Assembly: GCA_964016885.1 (NCBI GenBank)
Contig: OZ024740.1
Location: 295,182,001-295,246,000 of the forward strand
Direction: 5' to 3'
DNA from: Eledone cirrhosa
Taxonomy: Eukaryota
Length of the DNA: 64,000 nt
The notes beneath the pieces were generated by a model, which saw only the letters and a list, made by a program, of their open reading frames with translations, was not told where the DNA came from and did not search any database. Shown in pieces: positions 39,801-54,800 of the stretch (positions are counted from its first letter, which is position 1; each line of letters begins with the position of its first letter). The position numbers and the translations under genes were made by a program.

Positions 39801-42800
39801 AATTTTCGTGAAAAAATGATGAAATTTTCTGTAAAAATTGACAAAATTTTCGGGAGAAAATGCTGAAATTTTCTGGAAAAAATGACGAAATTTTCGAGTA
39901 TAAATGACGAAATTTTCAGCAAAAATAACGAAATTTTCTGGATAAATGGACGTAATTTTCAGCAAAAATTGACGAAATTTTCGGGAAAAAATGTCGAAAT
40001 CTTTTAGAAAAAATGACGAAATTGTCGGCAAAAAATGACGAAATTTTCGGCAAAAAGTGACTCAATTTTCTTGGAAAAGTGCCGAAATTTTCTGGAAAAA
40101 ACGTCGAAATTTTCGGCAAAAATTGTTGAAATTTTCGGCTGAAATTGACGAAATTTTCGGGGAAAAATGATGAAATTTTCGGCAAAAATTGACTAAATTT
40201 TCCGGAAAAAATGACGAAATTTTCGGCAAAAAATGACGAAATTTTCGTGAAAAAATGCCGAAATTTTCCGCAAAAATTGACTAAATTTTCTGTAAAAATT
40301 GACGAAATTTTCCGTAAAAAATGAGGAATTTTTAGTCAGAAATTGACGAAATTTTCTGGAAAAATTGACGAAATTTTCGGGAAAAAATTACGAAATTTTA
40401 GGGCAAAAAATGATGAAATTTTCGGCAAAAATTGACGACATTTTCGGGAAAAAAATGACGAAAGTTTCGGGAAAAAATGCCTAAATTTTCGGGAAAAAAT
40501 GACGAAATTTTCGGTAAAAAGTGACGAAATTTTCGGCAAAAATTGACGAAATTTTCGGCAGAATTTGACGAAATTTTCTTCAATAAAATCCGAAATTTTC
40601 GGCAAGAATTGACGATATTTTCGGGAAAAAACGCCGAAATTTTCGTGGAAAAATGATAAAATTTTCGGCCAAAATGAGGAAATTTTCGGGAAAAAACGAC
40701 GAAATTTTCGTGAAAAAATGATTAAATTTTCTGTAAAAATTGACGAAATTTTCGGGAAAAAGTGCCGAAATTTTTGGGGAAAAAATGACGAAATTTTCGG
40801 GACAAAATGTCGAAAATTTTCGGAAAAATGACGAAATTTTCTGCAAAAATTGACGAAAATTTTCAGGACAAAATTGAAGAAATTTTCATAAAAAATTGAC
40901 GAAATTTTCGGTAAAAAATGACGAAATTGCCGGCAGAAATTGACGAAATTTTCGGGATAAAATGATGAAATTTTCGGTAAAAATTGACGAAATTTTCGTG
41001 AAAAAATGCCGAAATTTTCGGGAAAAAATCACGAAATTTTCGGGAAAAAATGACGAAATTTTCGGGAAAAGATGACGAAATTTTCGGGCAAAAATGACGA
41101 AATTTCCTGCAAAAATTGACGAAATTTTCGGGAAAAAATGATGAAATTTTCGGTAAAAATTGACGAAATTTTCGGGAAAAAGTGCCGAAATTTTTGGGAA
41201 AAAATGACGAAATTTTCGGGACAAATTGTCGAAATTTTTCGGAAAAATGACGAAATTTTCGGCAAAAATTGACGAAATTTTCAGGACAAAATTGAAGAAA
41301 TTTTCATCAAAAATTGACGAAATTTTCGGTAAAAAATGACGAAATTGCCGGCAGAAATTGACGAAATTTTCGGGATAAAATGATGAAATTTTCGGTAAAA
41401 ATTGACGAAATTTTCGTGGAAAAAATGCCGAAATTTTCGGGAAAAAATCACGAAATTTTCGGCAAAAAATGACGAAATTTTCGTGAAAAAATGACGAAAT
41501 TTTCGTGAAAAAATGCCGAAGTTTTCCGCAAAAATTGACTAAATTTTCGGGAAAAATTGACAAAATTTTCGGTAAAATATGAGGAATTTTTAGGCAAAAA
41601 TTGACGAAATTTTCGGCAAAAATTGACGAAATTTTCGGGAAAAATGCCGAAATTTTAGGGAAAAAAATGATCAAATTTGCGGCAAAAATTGACGACATTT
41701 TCGGGAAAAAATGACGAAATTTTCGCTAAAAAGTGACGAAATTTTCGGCAAAAATTGACGATATTTTCTGGAAGAAACGCCGAAATTTTCGGGGAAAAAT
41801 GATGAAATTTTCGGCCAAAATGACGAAATTTTCGGGAAAAAACGACGAAATTTTCTTGAAAAAATGCCCAAATTTTCGGCAAAAAACGACGAAATTTTCG
41901 GCAAAAATTAGGAGGTAGAATCTTAGGGGGTAGAACCTTAGGAGGTAAAACCTTAGGAGGTAGAACTAAGGGGTAGAACCTTAGGGGGGAACCTTAGGAG
42001 GTAAAACCTTAGGAGGTAGAAGGTTCTACCTCCTAAAGTTTTACCTCCTAAGGTTCCTCCCTAAGGTTATACCCCCAAAGGTTTTACCTCCTAAGGTTCC
42101 CCCTAAGGTTTTACCTCCTAAGGTTCCCCCTAAGGTTTTACCTCCTAAGGTTCCCCCCTAAGGTTCTAATTCCTAAGGTTTTACCTCCTAAGATTCTATC
42201 CCCTAAGGTTCTACACCCTGGTTCTACCTCCTAAGGTTTTACCCCCTAAGGTTCTACCTCCTAAGGTTTTACCTCCTAAGGTTCTACCTCCTAAGGTTTT
42301 ACATGCTAAGGTTTTACCTCCTAAGGTTCCCCTAAGGTTCTACCTCCTAAGGTTTTACCTCCTAAGGTTCCCCCCTAAGGTTCTATCCCCTAAGGTTCTA
42401 CCTCCTAAGGTTTTACCTCCTAAGGTTCCCCCATAAGGTTATACCCCCTAAGGTTGTACCTCCTAAGGTTCTACCCCCTAAGGTTCTACCTCCTAAGTTT
42501 CTACCTCCTAAGGTTTTACCCCCTAAGGTTCTACCTCCTAAGGTTTTACCTCCTAAGGTTCCCCTCTAAGGTTCTCCCTCCTAAGGTTCTACCTCCTAAG
42601 GTTCTACCCCCTAAGGTTCTACCTCCTAAGGTTTTACCTCCTAAGGTTCCCCCCTAAGGTTATACCCCCTAAGGTTGTACCTCCTAAGGTTCTACCCCCT
42701 AAGGTTCTACCTCCTAAGTTTCTACCTCCTAAGGTTTTACCCCCTAAGGTTGTACCTCCTAAGGTTTTACTTCCTAAGGATCCCCTCTAAGGTTCTACCC

Positions 42801-45800
42801 CCTAAGGTTCTACCTCCTAAGGTTCTACCCCCTAAGGTTCTACCTCCTAAGGTTCTACCTCCTAAGGTTTTACCTCCTAAGTTTCTACCCCATAAGGTTC
42901 TACTTCCTAAGGTTTTACCCCCTAAGATTCTACCTCCTAAGGTTCTACCTCCTAAGGTTCTACCTCCTAAGGTTTTACCCCTAAGATTTTACCTCCTAAG
43001 GTTCCCCGAAAGGTTCTACCTCCTAAGGTTTTACCTCCTAAGGTTCTACCCCCTAAGGTTCTACCCCCTAAGGTTTTACCTCCTAAGGATCCCCCCTAAG
43101 GTTCTACCCCCTAAGGTTTTACCTCCTAAGGAAAAAATGCCTAAATTTTCGGGAAAAAATGCCTAAATTTTCGGGAAAAAATGCCTAAATTTTCGGGAGA
43201 AAATGACGAAATTTTCGGGAAAAAATGACGAACTTTCCGGCAAAAATTTACGAAATTTTCGTGAAAAAATGATGAAATTTTCTGTAAAAATTGACAAAAT
43301 TTTCGGGAGAAAATGCTGAAATTTTCTGGAAAAAATGACGAAATTTTCTGGAATAAATGACGAAATTTTCAGCAAAAATAACGAAATTTTCTGGATAAAT
43401 TGACGTAATTTTCAGCAAAAATTGACGAAATTTTCGGGAAAAAATGTCGAAATCTTTTAGAAAAAAGACGAAATTGTCGGCAAAAAATGACGAAATTTTC
43501 GGCAAAAAGTGACTCAATTTTCTTGGAACAGTGCCGAAATTTTCTGGAAAAAACGTCGAAATTTTCGGCAAAAATTGTTGAAATTTTCGGCTGAAATTGA
43601 CGAAATTTTCGTGGAAAAATGATGAAATTTTCGGCAAAAATTGACTAAATTTTCCGGAAAAAGTGACGAAATTTTCGGCAAAAAATGACGAAATTTTCGT
43701 GAAAAAATGCCGAATTTTTCCGCAAAAATTGACTAAATTTTCTGTAAAAATTGACGAAATTTTCGGTAAAAACGAGGAATTTTTAGACAGAAATTGACGA
43801 AATTTTCGGCAAAAATTGACGAAATTTTCGGGACAAAATTGACGAAATTTTCGGGAAAAAATGACGAAATTGCGGGCAGAAATTAACGAAATTTTCGGGA
43901 AAAAATGATAAAATTTTCCGTAAAAATTGACGAAATTTTCGTGAAAAAATGCCGAAATTTTCGGGAAAAGATGAGGAAATTTTCGGCAAAAAAATGACAA
44001 AAATTTTCGGGAAAAAATGATGAAATTATCGGGCAAAAATGACGATATTTCCTGCAAAAATTGACGAAATTTTCGGGAAAAAATGATGAAATTTTCGGTA
44101 AAAATTGACGAAATTTTCGGGAAAAAGTGCCGAAATTTTTGGGAAAAAATGACGAAATTTTCGGGACAAATTGTCGAAATTTTTCGGAAAAATGACGAAA
44201 TTTTCGGCAAAAATTGACGAAATTTTCAGGACAAAATTGAAGAAATTTTCATCAAAAATTGACGAAATTTTCGGTAAAAAATGACGAAATTGCCGGCAGA
44301 AATTGACGAAATTTTCGGGATAAAATGATGAAATTTTCGGTAAAAATTGACGAAATTTTCGTGAAAAAAATGCCGAAATTTTTCGGGAAAAAATCACGAA
44401 ATTTTCGGCAAAAAATGACGAAATTTTCGGGAAAAAATGACGAAATTTTCGGGAAAAAATGACGAAATTTCCTGCAAAAATTGACGAAATTTTCGGGAAA
44501 AAATGATGAAATTTTCGGTAAAAATTGACGAAATTTTCGGGAAAAAGTGCTGAAATTTTTGGGAAAAAATGCCGAAATTTTCGGGACAAAATGTCGAATT
44601 TTTTTGGAAAAATTACGAAAATTTCTGCAAAAATTGACGAAATTTTCGGGAAAAAACGTCGAAATTTCCGGCAAAAATTGACGAAATTTTCGGGAAAAGA
44701 TGATGAAATTTTCGGCTGAAATTGACGAAATTTTCGGCAAAAATTGACTAAAGTTTCGGGAGAAAATGACTAAATTTTCGTGAAAAAATGACGAAATTTT
44801 CGTGAAAAAATGCCGAAGTTTTCCGCAAAAATTGACAAAATTTTCGGGAAAAATTGACAAAATTTTCGGTAAAATATGAGGAATTTTTAGGCAAAAATTG
44901 ACGAAATTTTCGGCAAAAATTGACGAAATTTTCGGGAAAAATGCCGAAATTTTAGGGAAAAAAATGATCAAATTTGCGGCAAAAATTGACGACATTTTCG
45001 GGAAAAAATGACGAAAGATTCGGGAAAAATGCCTAAATTTTCGGGAAAAAATGACGAAATTTTCGGTAAAAAGTGACGAAATTTTCGGCAAATATTGACG
45101 ATATTTTCTGGAAGAAACGCCGAAATTTTCGGGGAAAAATGATGAAATTTTCGGCCAAAATGACGAAATTTTCGGGAAAAAACGACGAAATTTTCTTGAA
45201 AAAATGCCCAAATTTTCGGCAAAAAACGACGAAATTTTCGGCAAAAATTAGGAGGTAGAATCTTAGGGGGTAGAACCTTAGGAGGTAAAACCTTAGGAGG
45301 TAGAACTAAGGGGTAGAACCTTAGGGGGGAACCTTAGGAGGTAAAACCTTAGGAGGTAGAAGGTTCTACCTCCTAAAGTTTTACCTCCTAAGGTTCCTCC
45401 CTAAGGTTCTACCCCCAAAGGTTTTACCTCCTAAGGTTCCCCCTAAGGTTTTACCTCCTAAGGTTCCCCCTAAGGTTTTACCTCCTAAGGTTCCCCCCTA
45501 AGGTTCTAATTCCTAAGGTTTTACCTCCTAAGATTCTATCCCCTAAGGTTCTACACCCTGGTTCTACCTCCTAAGGTTTTACCCCCCTAAGGTTCTACCT
45601 CCTAAGGTTTTACCTCCTAAGGTTCCCCTCTAAGGTTTTACCTCCTAAGGTTCTACCTCCTAAGGTTCTACCCCCCAAGGTTCTACCTTCTAAGGTTTTA
45701 CCTCCTAAGGTTCCCCCCTAAGGTTATACCCCCTAAGGTTGTACCTCCTAAGGTTCTACCCCCTAAGGTTCTACCTCCTAAGTTTCTACCTCCTAAGGTT

Positions 45801-48800
45801 TTACCCCCTAAGGTTGTACCTCCTAAGGTTTTACTTCCTAAGGATCCCCTCTAAGGTTCTACCCCCTAAGGTTCTACCTCCTAAGGTTCTACCCCCTAAG
45901 GTTCTACCTCCTAAGGTTCTACCTCCTAAGGTTTTACCTCCTAAGTTTCTACCCCATAAGGTTCTACCTCCTAAGGTTTTACCCCCTAAGGTTCTACCTC
46001 CTAAGGTTCTACCTCCTAAGGTTCTACCTCCTAAGGTTCTACCTCCTAAGGTTTTACCCCTAAGATTTTACCTCCTAAGGTTCCCCCGAAAGGTTCTACC
46101 TCCTAAGGTTTTACCTCCTAAGGTTCTACCCCCTAAGATTCTACCCCCTAAGGTTTTACCTCCTAAGGATCCCCCCTAAGGTTCTACCCCCTAAGGTTTT
46201 ACCTCCTAAGGAAAAAATGCCTAAATTTTCGGGAAAAAATGCCTAAATTTTCGGGAAAAAATGCCTAAATTTTCGGGAGAAAATGACGAAATTTTCGGGA
46301 AAAAATGACGAACTTTCCGGCAAAAATTTACGAAATTTTCGTGAAAAAATGATGAAATTTTCTGTAAAAATTGACAAATTTTCGGGAGAAAATGCTGAAA
46401 TTTTCTGGAAAAAATGACGAAATTTTCGAGTATAAATGACGAAATTTTCAGCAAAAATAACGAAATTTTCTGGATAAATGGACGTAATTTTCAGCAAAAA
46501 TTGACGAAATTTTCGGGAAAAAATGTCGAAATCTTTTAGAAAAAATGACGAAATTGTCGGCAAAAAATGACGAAATTTTCGGCAAAAAGTGACTCAATTT
46601 TCTTGGAAAAGTGCCGAAATTTTCTGGAAAAAACGTCGAAATTTTCGGCAAAAATTGTTGAAATTTTCGGCTGAAATTGACGAAATTTTCGGGGAAAAAT
46701 GATGAAATTTTCGGCAAAAATTGACTAAATTTTCCGGAAAAAATGACGAAATTTTCGGCAAAAAATGACGAAATTTTCGTGAAAAAATGCCGAAATTTTC
46801 CGCAAAAATTGACTAAATTTTCTGTAAAAATTGACGAAATTTTCCGTAAAAAATGAGGAATTTTTAGTCAGAAATTGACGAAATTTTCTGGAAAAATTGA
46901 CGAAATTTTCGGGAAAAAATTACGAAATTTTAGGGCAAAAAATGATGAAATTTTCGGCAAAAATTGACGACATTTTCGGGAAAAAATGACGAAAGTTTCG
47001 GGAAAAAATGCCTAAATTTTCGGGAAAAAATGACGAAATTTTCGGTAAAAAGTGACGAAATTTTCGGCAAAAATTGACGAAATTTGAAATTTTCTTCAAT
47101 AAAATCCGAAATTTTTCGGCAAGAATTGACGATATTTTCGGGAAAAAAACGCCGAAATTTTCGTGGAAAAAATGATAAAATTTTCGGCCAAAATGAGGAA
47201 ATTTTCGGGAAAAAACGACGAAATTTTCGTGAAAAAAATGATTAAATTTTCTGTAAAAATTGACGAAATTTTCCGGAAAAAATGCTGAAATTTTCTGGAA
47301 AAAATGACGAAATTTATGGAAAAAATGACGAAATTTTTCAGCAAAAAATGACAATTTTCTGGAAAAATTGACGAAATATTCTGGATAAATTGACGAAATA
47401 TTCGGGAATAAATGTCGAAATTTTTTGGAAAAAATGACGAAATTGTCGGCAAAAAATGACGAAATTTTCAGGAAATATTGACGAAATTTTCTTTGAAAAA
47501 TGCCGAAATTTTAGGGAAAAAAACGTCGAAATTTTCGGCTGAAACTGACGAAATTTTCCGGAAAAATGACGAAATATTCGGCAAAAATTGACCAAATTTT
47601 CGGGAAAAATTGACGAAATTTACGCTAAAAAATTAGGAATTTTTAGGCAAAAATTGACGAAATTTTACGGGAAAAAATTGACGAAATTTTCGGGAAAAAA
47701 TGCCGAAAGTTTCGGCAAAAAGTGACGAAATTTTCTTGGAAAAATGCCGAAATTTTCTGGAAAAAACGTCGAAATTTTCGGCAAAAATTGTTGAAATTTT
47801 CGGCTGAAATTGACGAAATTTTTCGAGAAAAAATGATGAAATTTTCGGCAAAAATTGACTAAATTTCCCGGAAAAAATGACGAACATTTCGGCAAAAATT
47901 GACGAAATTTTCGTGAAAAAATGCAGAAATTTTCCGCAAAAATTGATTAAATTTTCTGTAAAAATTGACGAAATTTTCGGTAAAAAAATAAGGAATTTTT
48001 AGGCAAAAATTGACGAATTTTCGTAAAAAGTGCCGAAATTTTTAGGGGAGAAAATGATGGAATTTTCGGCAAATATTGATGAAAAAATGACGAAAGTTTC
48101 GGGAAAAAGTGACGAAATTTTCGGCAAAAATTTACGAAAATTTCGGCAGAATTTGACGAAATTATCGGCAAAAATTGACGATATTTTCGGGAAAAAACGC
48201 CGAAATTTTCGGGGAAAAATGATAAAATTTTCGGCCAAAATGGCGAAATTTTCGGGAAAAGACGACGAAATTTTCGTGAAAAAATGCCCAAATGTTCGGC
48301 AAAAAATGACGAAATTTTCGGCAAAAATTAGGAGGTAGAATCTTAGGGGGTAGAACCTTAGGAGGTAAAACCTTAGGAGGTAGAACCAAGGGGTAGAACC
48401 TTAGGGGGAACATTAGGAGGTAAAACCTTAGGAGGTAGAAGGTTCTACCTCCTAAAGATTTACCTCCTAAGGTTTCTCCCTAAGGTTCTACCCCTTAAGG
48501 TTTTACCTCCTAAGGTTCCCCCCTAAGGTTTTACCTCCTAAGTTCCCCCCTAAGGTTCTAATTCCTAAGGTTTTACCTCCTAAGATTCAATCCCCTAAGG
48601 TTCTACCTCCTAAGGTTTTACCTCCTAAGGTTCCCCCTAAGGTTCTACACCCTGGTTCTACCTCATAAGGTTTTAACCCCTAAGGTTCTACCTCCTAAGG
48701 TTTTACCTCCTAAGGTTCTACCTCCTAAGGTTTTACATGCTAAGGTTTTACCTCCTAAGGTTCCCCCCCTAAGGTTCTACCTCCTAAGGTTTTTACCTCC

Positions 48801-51800
48801 TAAGGTTCCCCCCTAAGGTTCTATCCCCTAAGGTTCTACCTCCTAAGGTTTTACCTCCTAAGGTTCTATCCCCTAAGGTTCTACCTCCTAAGGTTCTTAC
48901 CCTCCTAAGGTTTCCCCCCTAAGGTTCTACCCCTAAGATTCTAACCCCTAAGGTTCTACCTCCTAAGGTTTTACCTCCTAAGGTTCCCCCTAAGCTTCTA
49001 CCCCCTGGTTCTCCCTCTGAAGGTTTTACCCCCTAAGGTTCTACCTCCTAAGGTTTTTACCTCCTAAGGTTCTACCTCCTAAGGTTTTACCTGCTAAGGT
49101 TTTACCTCCTAAGGTTCCCCTAAGGTTCTACCTCCTAAGGTTTTACCTCCTAAGGTTCCCTCCTAAGGTTCTATCCCCTAAGGTTCTACCTCCTAAGGTT
49201 TTACCTCCTAAGGTTCCCCCCTAAGGTTATACACCCTAAGGTTGTACCTCCTAAGGTACTACCCCCTAAGGTTCTACCTCCTAAGTTTCTACCTCCTAAG
49301 GTTTTTCCCCCTAAGGTTCTACCTCCTAAGGTTTTACTTCCTAAGGTTCTCCTCTAAGGTTCTACCCCCTAAGGTTCTACCTCCTAAGGTTCTACCCCCT
49401 AAGGTTCTACCTCCTAAGGTTCTACCTCCTAAGGTTCTTCCTCCTAAGGTTCTCCTCTAAGGTTCTACCCCCTAAGGTTCTACCTCCTAAGGTTTCTACC
49501 CCCTAATGTTCTACCTCCTAAGGTTTTACCTCCTAAGGTTCCCCCTAAGGTTCTAGCCCCTAAGGTTCTACCTCCTAAGGTTTTGCCGCCTAAGGTTCCC
49601 CCCTAAGGTTCTACCCCCTAAGATTCTACCTCCTAAGTTTCTACCCCCTAAGGTTCTACCTCCTAAGGTTCAACCTCCTAAGGTTTTACCTCCTAAGTTT
49701 CTACCCCATAAGGTTCTACCTCCTAAGGTTTTACCCCCTAAGGCTCTACCTCCTAAGGTTCTACCTCCTAAGGTTCTACCTCCTAAGGTTTTACCCCTAA
49801 GGTTTTACCTTCTAAGGTTCCCCGAACGGTTCTACCTCCTAAGGTTTTACCTCCTAAGATTCTACCCCCTAAGGTTCTACCCCCTAAGGTTTTACCTCCT
49901 AAGGATCCCCCCTAAGGTTCTACCTCCTAAGGTTTTACCTCCTAAGGATCCCCCCTAAGGTTCTACCTCCTAAGATTTTACCTCCTAAGGGATCCCCCCT
50001 AAGGTTCTACCCCCTAAGGTTTTACCTCCTAAGGAAAAAATTGCCTAAATTTTCGGGAAAAAATGCCCAAATTTTCGGGAAAAAATGCCTAAATTTTCGG
50101 GAAAAAATGACGAAATTTTCGGGAAAAAATGAAGAAATTTCCGGCAAAAATTTACGAAATTTTCGTGAAAACATGATGAAATTTTCTGTAAAAATTGACA
50201 AAATTTTCGGGAGAAAATGACGAAATTTTCAGCAAAAATAACGAAATTTTCTGGATAAATTGACGTAATTTTCAGCAAAAATTGTCGAAATTTTCGGCAA
50301 AAAATGACGAAATTTTCGTGTAAAAATGCCGAAATTTTCCGCAAAAATTGACTAAATTTTCTGTAAAAATTTACGAAATTATCGGTAAAAATTGAGGAAT
50401 TTTTAGGCAGAAATTGACGAAATTTTCGGGAAAAAATTACGAAATTTTAAGGGGAAAAATGATGAAATTTTCGGCAAAAATTGACGACATTTTCGGGAAA
50501 AAATTACGAAAGTTTCGGAAAAAAATGCCTAAATTTTCGTGAAAAAATGACGAAATTTTCGGTAAAAAGTGACGAAATTTTCGGCAAAAACTGACGAAAT
50601 TTTCGGCAGAATTTGACGAAATTTTCTTCAATAAATCCGATAGTTTCGGCAAGAATTGACGATATTTTCGGGAAAAAACGCCGAAATTTTCGGGGAAAAA
50701 TGATAAAATTTTCGGCCAAAATGAGGAAATTTTCGGGAAAAACGACGAAATTTTCGTGAAAAAATGATAAAATTTTCTGTAAAAATTGACGAAATTTCCG
50801 GAAAAAATGCTGAAATTTTCTGGAAAAAATGACGATATTTTATGGAAAAAATGACGAAATTTTTAGCAAAAATGACGAAATTTCTGGGATTATTGACGAA
50901 ATAGTCTGGATAAATTGACGAAATTTTCGTGAAAAAATGCCGAAATTTTCCGCAAAAATTGACCAAATTTCGGGAAAAAATTGACGAAATTTTCGGTAAA
51001 AAATTAGGAATTTTTAGGCAAAATGACGAAATTTTCGGGAAAAATGACGAAATTTTCGGGAAAAAATGTCGAAATTTTAGGGGAAAAACTGATGAAATTT
51101 TCGGCAAAAATTGACGACATTTTCGGGAAAAAAATGACGAAAGTTTCGGCAAAGTGACGAAATTTTCTTGGAAAAAATGCTGAAATTTTCTGGAAAAAAC
51201 GTCGAAATTTTCGGCAAAAATTATTGAAATTTTCGGCTGAAATTGACGAAATTTTCGGGAAAAAATGATGAAATTTTCGGCAAAAATTGACTAAATTTTT
51301 CCGGAAAAAATGACGAAAATATCGGCAAAAATTGACGAAATTTTCGTGAAAAAATGCCGAAATTTTCCGCAAAAATTAACTAAAATTTTCTGTAAAAATT
51401 GACGAAATTTTCGGTAAAAGAATGAGGAATTTTTAGGCAAAAATTGACGAAATTTTCGGTAAAAACGCTGAAATTTTAGGGGAAAAAATGATGAAATTTT
51501 CGGCCAAAAATTGACGACATTTTCGGGAAAAAATGACGAAAGTTTCGGGAAAAAATGCCTAAATTTTCGTGAAAAATGACGAAATTTTCGGTAAAAAGTG
51601 ACGAAATTTTCGGTAAAAATTGACGAAATTTTCGGCAGAATTTGACGAAATTTTCTTCAAAAAAAATCCGAAATTTTCGGCAAAAATTGACGTTATTTTC
51701 GGGAAAAAACGCCGAAATTTTCGGGGAAAAATGATAAAATTTTCGGCCAAAATGACGAAATTTTCGGGAAAAAACGACCGAAATTTTCGTGAAAAAATGC

Positions 51801-54800
51801 CCAATTGTTCGGCAAAAAATGACGAAATTTTCGGCAAAAATTAGGAGGTAGAATCTTAGGGGGTAGAACCTTAGGAGGTAAAACCTTAGGAGTAGAACCA
51901 AGGGGTAGAACCTTAGGGGGAACCTTAGGAGGTAAAACCTTAGGAGGTAAAACCTTAGGAGGTAGAAGGTTCTACCTCCTAAATTTTACCTCCTAAGGTT
52001 CCTCCCTAAGTTTCTACCCCCTAAGGTTTTACCTCCTAAGGTTCCCCCCTAAGGTTCTATACTCTAAGGTTCTACCTACTAAGGTTTTACCTCCTAAGGT
52101 TCTATCCCCTAAGGTTCTACCTCCTAAGGTTTTACCTCCTAAGGTTCCCCCCTAAGGTTCTACCCCCTAAGATTCTAACCCCTGAGGTTCTACCTCCTAA
52201 GGTTTTACCTCCTAATGTTCCCCCTAAGCTTCTACCCCCTGGTTCTCCCTCTAAAGGTTTTACCCCCTAAGGTTCTACCTCCTAAGGTTTTATCTCCTAA
52301 GGTTCTACCTCCTAAGGTTTTACCTGCTAAGGTTTTACCTCCTAAGGTTCCCCTAAGGTGCTACCTCCTAAGGTTTTACCTCCTAAGGTTCCCTCCTAAG
52401 GTTCTATCCCCTAAGGTTCTACCTCCTAAGGTTTTACCTCCTAAGGTTCCCCCCTAAGGTTATACCCCCTAAGGTTGTACCTCCTAAGGTTCTACCCCCT
52501 AAGGTTCTACCTCCTAAGTTTCTACCTCCTAAGGTTTTACCCCCTAAGGTTCTACCTCCTAAGGTTTTATTCCTAAGGTTCTCCTCTAAGGTTCTACCCC
52601 CTAAGGTTCTACCTCCTAAGGTTCTACCCCCTAAGGTTCTAACTCCTAAGGTTTTACCTCCTAAGTTTCTACCCCATAAGGTTCTACCTCCTAAGGTTTT
52701 ACCTCCTAAGGTTCCCCCTAAGGTTCTAGCCCCTAAGGTTCTACCTCCTAAGGTTCTACCCCCTAAGGTTCTACCCCCTAAGGTTTTACCTCCTAAGGAA
52801 AAAATGCCTAAATTTTCGGGAAAAAATGCCTAAATTTTCGGGAAAAAATGCCTAAATTTTCGGGAAAAAATGACGAAATTTCCGGCAAAAATTTACGAAA
52901 TTTTCGTGAAAAAATGATGAAAATTATCTGTAAAAATTGACAAAATTTTTGGGAGAAAATGCTGAAATTTTCTGGAAAAAATGACGAAATTTTCGGGAAA
53001 AAATGACGAAATTTTCAGCAAAATTGACGATATTTTCGGGAAAAAATGTCAAAATCTTTTAGAAAAAATGACGAAATTTTCGGCAAAAAGTGACTCAATT
53101 TTCTTGAAAAGTGCCGAAATTTCTGGAAAAAAACGTCGAAATTTTCGGCAAAAATTGTTGAAATTTTCGGCTGAAATTGACGAAATTTTCGGGGGAAAAT
53201 GATGAAATTTTCGGCAAAAATTGACAAAATTTTCCGGAAAAAATGACAAAATTTTCGGCAAAAAATGACGAAATTTTCGTGAAACAATGCCGAAATTTTC
53301 CGCAAAAATTGACTAAATATTCTGTAAAAATTGACGAAATTTTCGGTAAAAAATGAGGAATCTTTAGGCAGAAATTGACGAAATTTCGGCAAAAATTGAC
53401 GAAATTTTCGGGAAAAAATTACGAAATTTTAGGGAAAAAATGATGAAATTTTCGGCAAAAATTGACGACATTTTCGGGAAAAAATGACGAAAGTTTCGGG
53501 AAAAAATGCCTAAATTTTCGGGAAAAAAATGACGAAATTTTCGGTAAAAAGTGACGAAATTTTCGGCAAAAATTGACGAAATTTTCGGCAGAATTCGACG
53601 AAATTTTCTTCAATAAAATCCAAATTTTCGGCAAGAATTGACGATATTTTCGGGAAAAAACGCCGAAATTTCTGGGAAAAATGATAAAATTTTCGGCAAA
53701 ATGAGGAATTTTCGGGAAAAAACGACGAAATTTTCGTGAAAAAATGATAAAATTTTCTGTAAAAATTGACGAAATTTTCCGGAAAAAATGCTGAAATTTT
53801 CTGGAAAAAATGACGAAATTTTATGGAAAAAATGACGAAATTTTCAGCAAAAATGACGAAATTTTCTGGAAAATTTGACGAAATATTCTGGATAAAGTGA
53901 CGAAATATTCGGGAAAAAATGTCGAAATTTTTGTGAAAAAATGACGAAAATTTTCCGCAAAAATTGACTAAATTTTCGGCAAAAAGTGACTCAATTTTCT
54001 TGGAAAAGTCCCGAAATTTTCTGGAAAAGACGTCGAAATTTACGGCAAAAATTGTTGAAATTTTCGGCTGAAATTGACGAAATTTTCGAAGGAAAATGAT
54101 GAAATTTTCGGCAAAAATTGACTAAATTTTCCGGAAAAAATGACGAAATTTTCGGCAAAAAATGACGAAATTTTTTGTGAAAAATGCCGAAATTTTCCTC
54201 AAAAATTGACTAAATTTTCTTTAAAAATTGACTAATTTTCGGTAAAAAATGAGGAATTTTTAGGCAGAAATTGACGAAATTTTCGGCAAAAATTGACGAA
54301 ATTTTCGGGAAAAAATTACGAAATTTTAGGGAAAAAAATGATGAAATTTTCGGCAGAATTTGACGAAATTTTCTTCAATAAAATCCGAAATTTTCGGCAA
54401 GAATTGACGATATTTTCGGGAAAAAACGCCCGAAATTTTCGGGTAAAATGATAAAATTTTCGGCCAAAATGAGGAAATTTTCGGGAAAAAACGACGAAAT
54501 TTTCGTGAAAAAATGATGAAATTTTCTGTAAAAATTGACGAAATTTTCCGGAAAAAATGCTGAAATTTTCTGGAAAAAATGACGAAATTTTATGGAAAAA
54601 AATGACGAAATTTTCAGCAAACGAAATTTTCTGGAAAAATTGACGAATTATTCTGGATAAATTGACGAAATTTTCGTGAAAAAATGCCGAAATTTTCCGC
54701 AAAAATTGACCAATTTTTCGGGAAAAATTGACGAAATTTTCGGGAAAAAATTGACGAAATTTTCGGGTAAAAAATTAGGAATTTTTAGGCAAAAATTGAC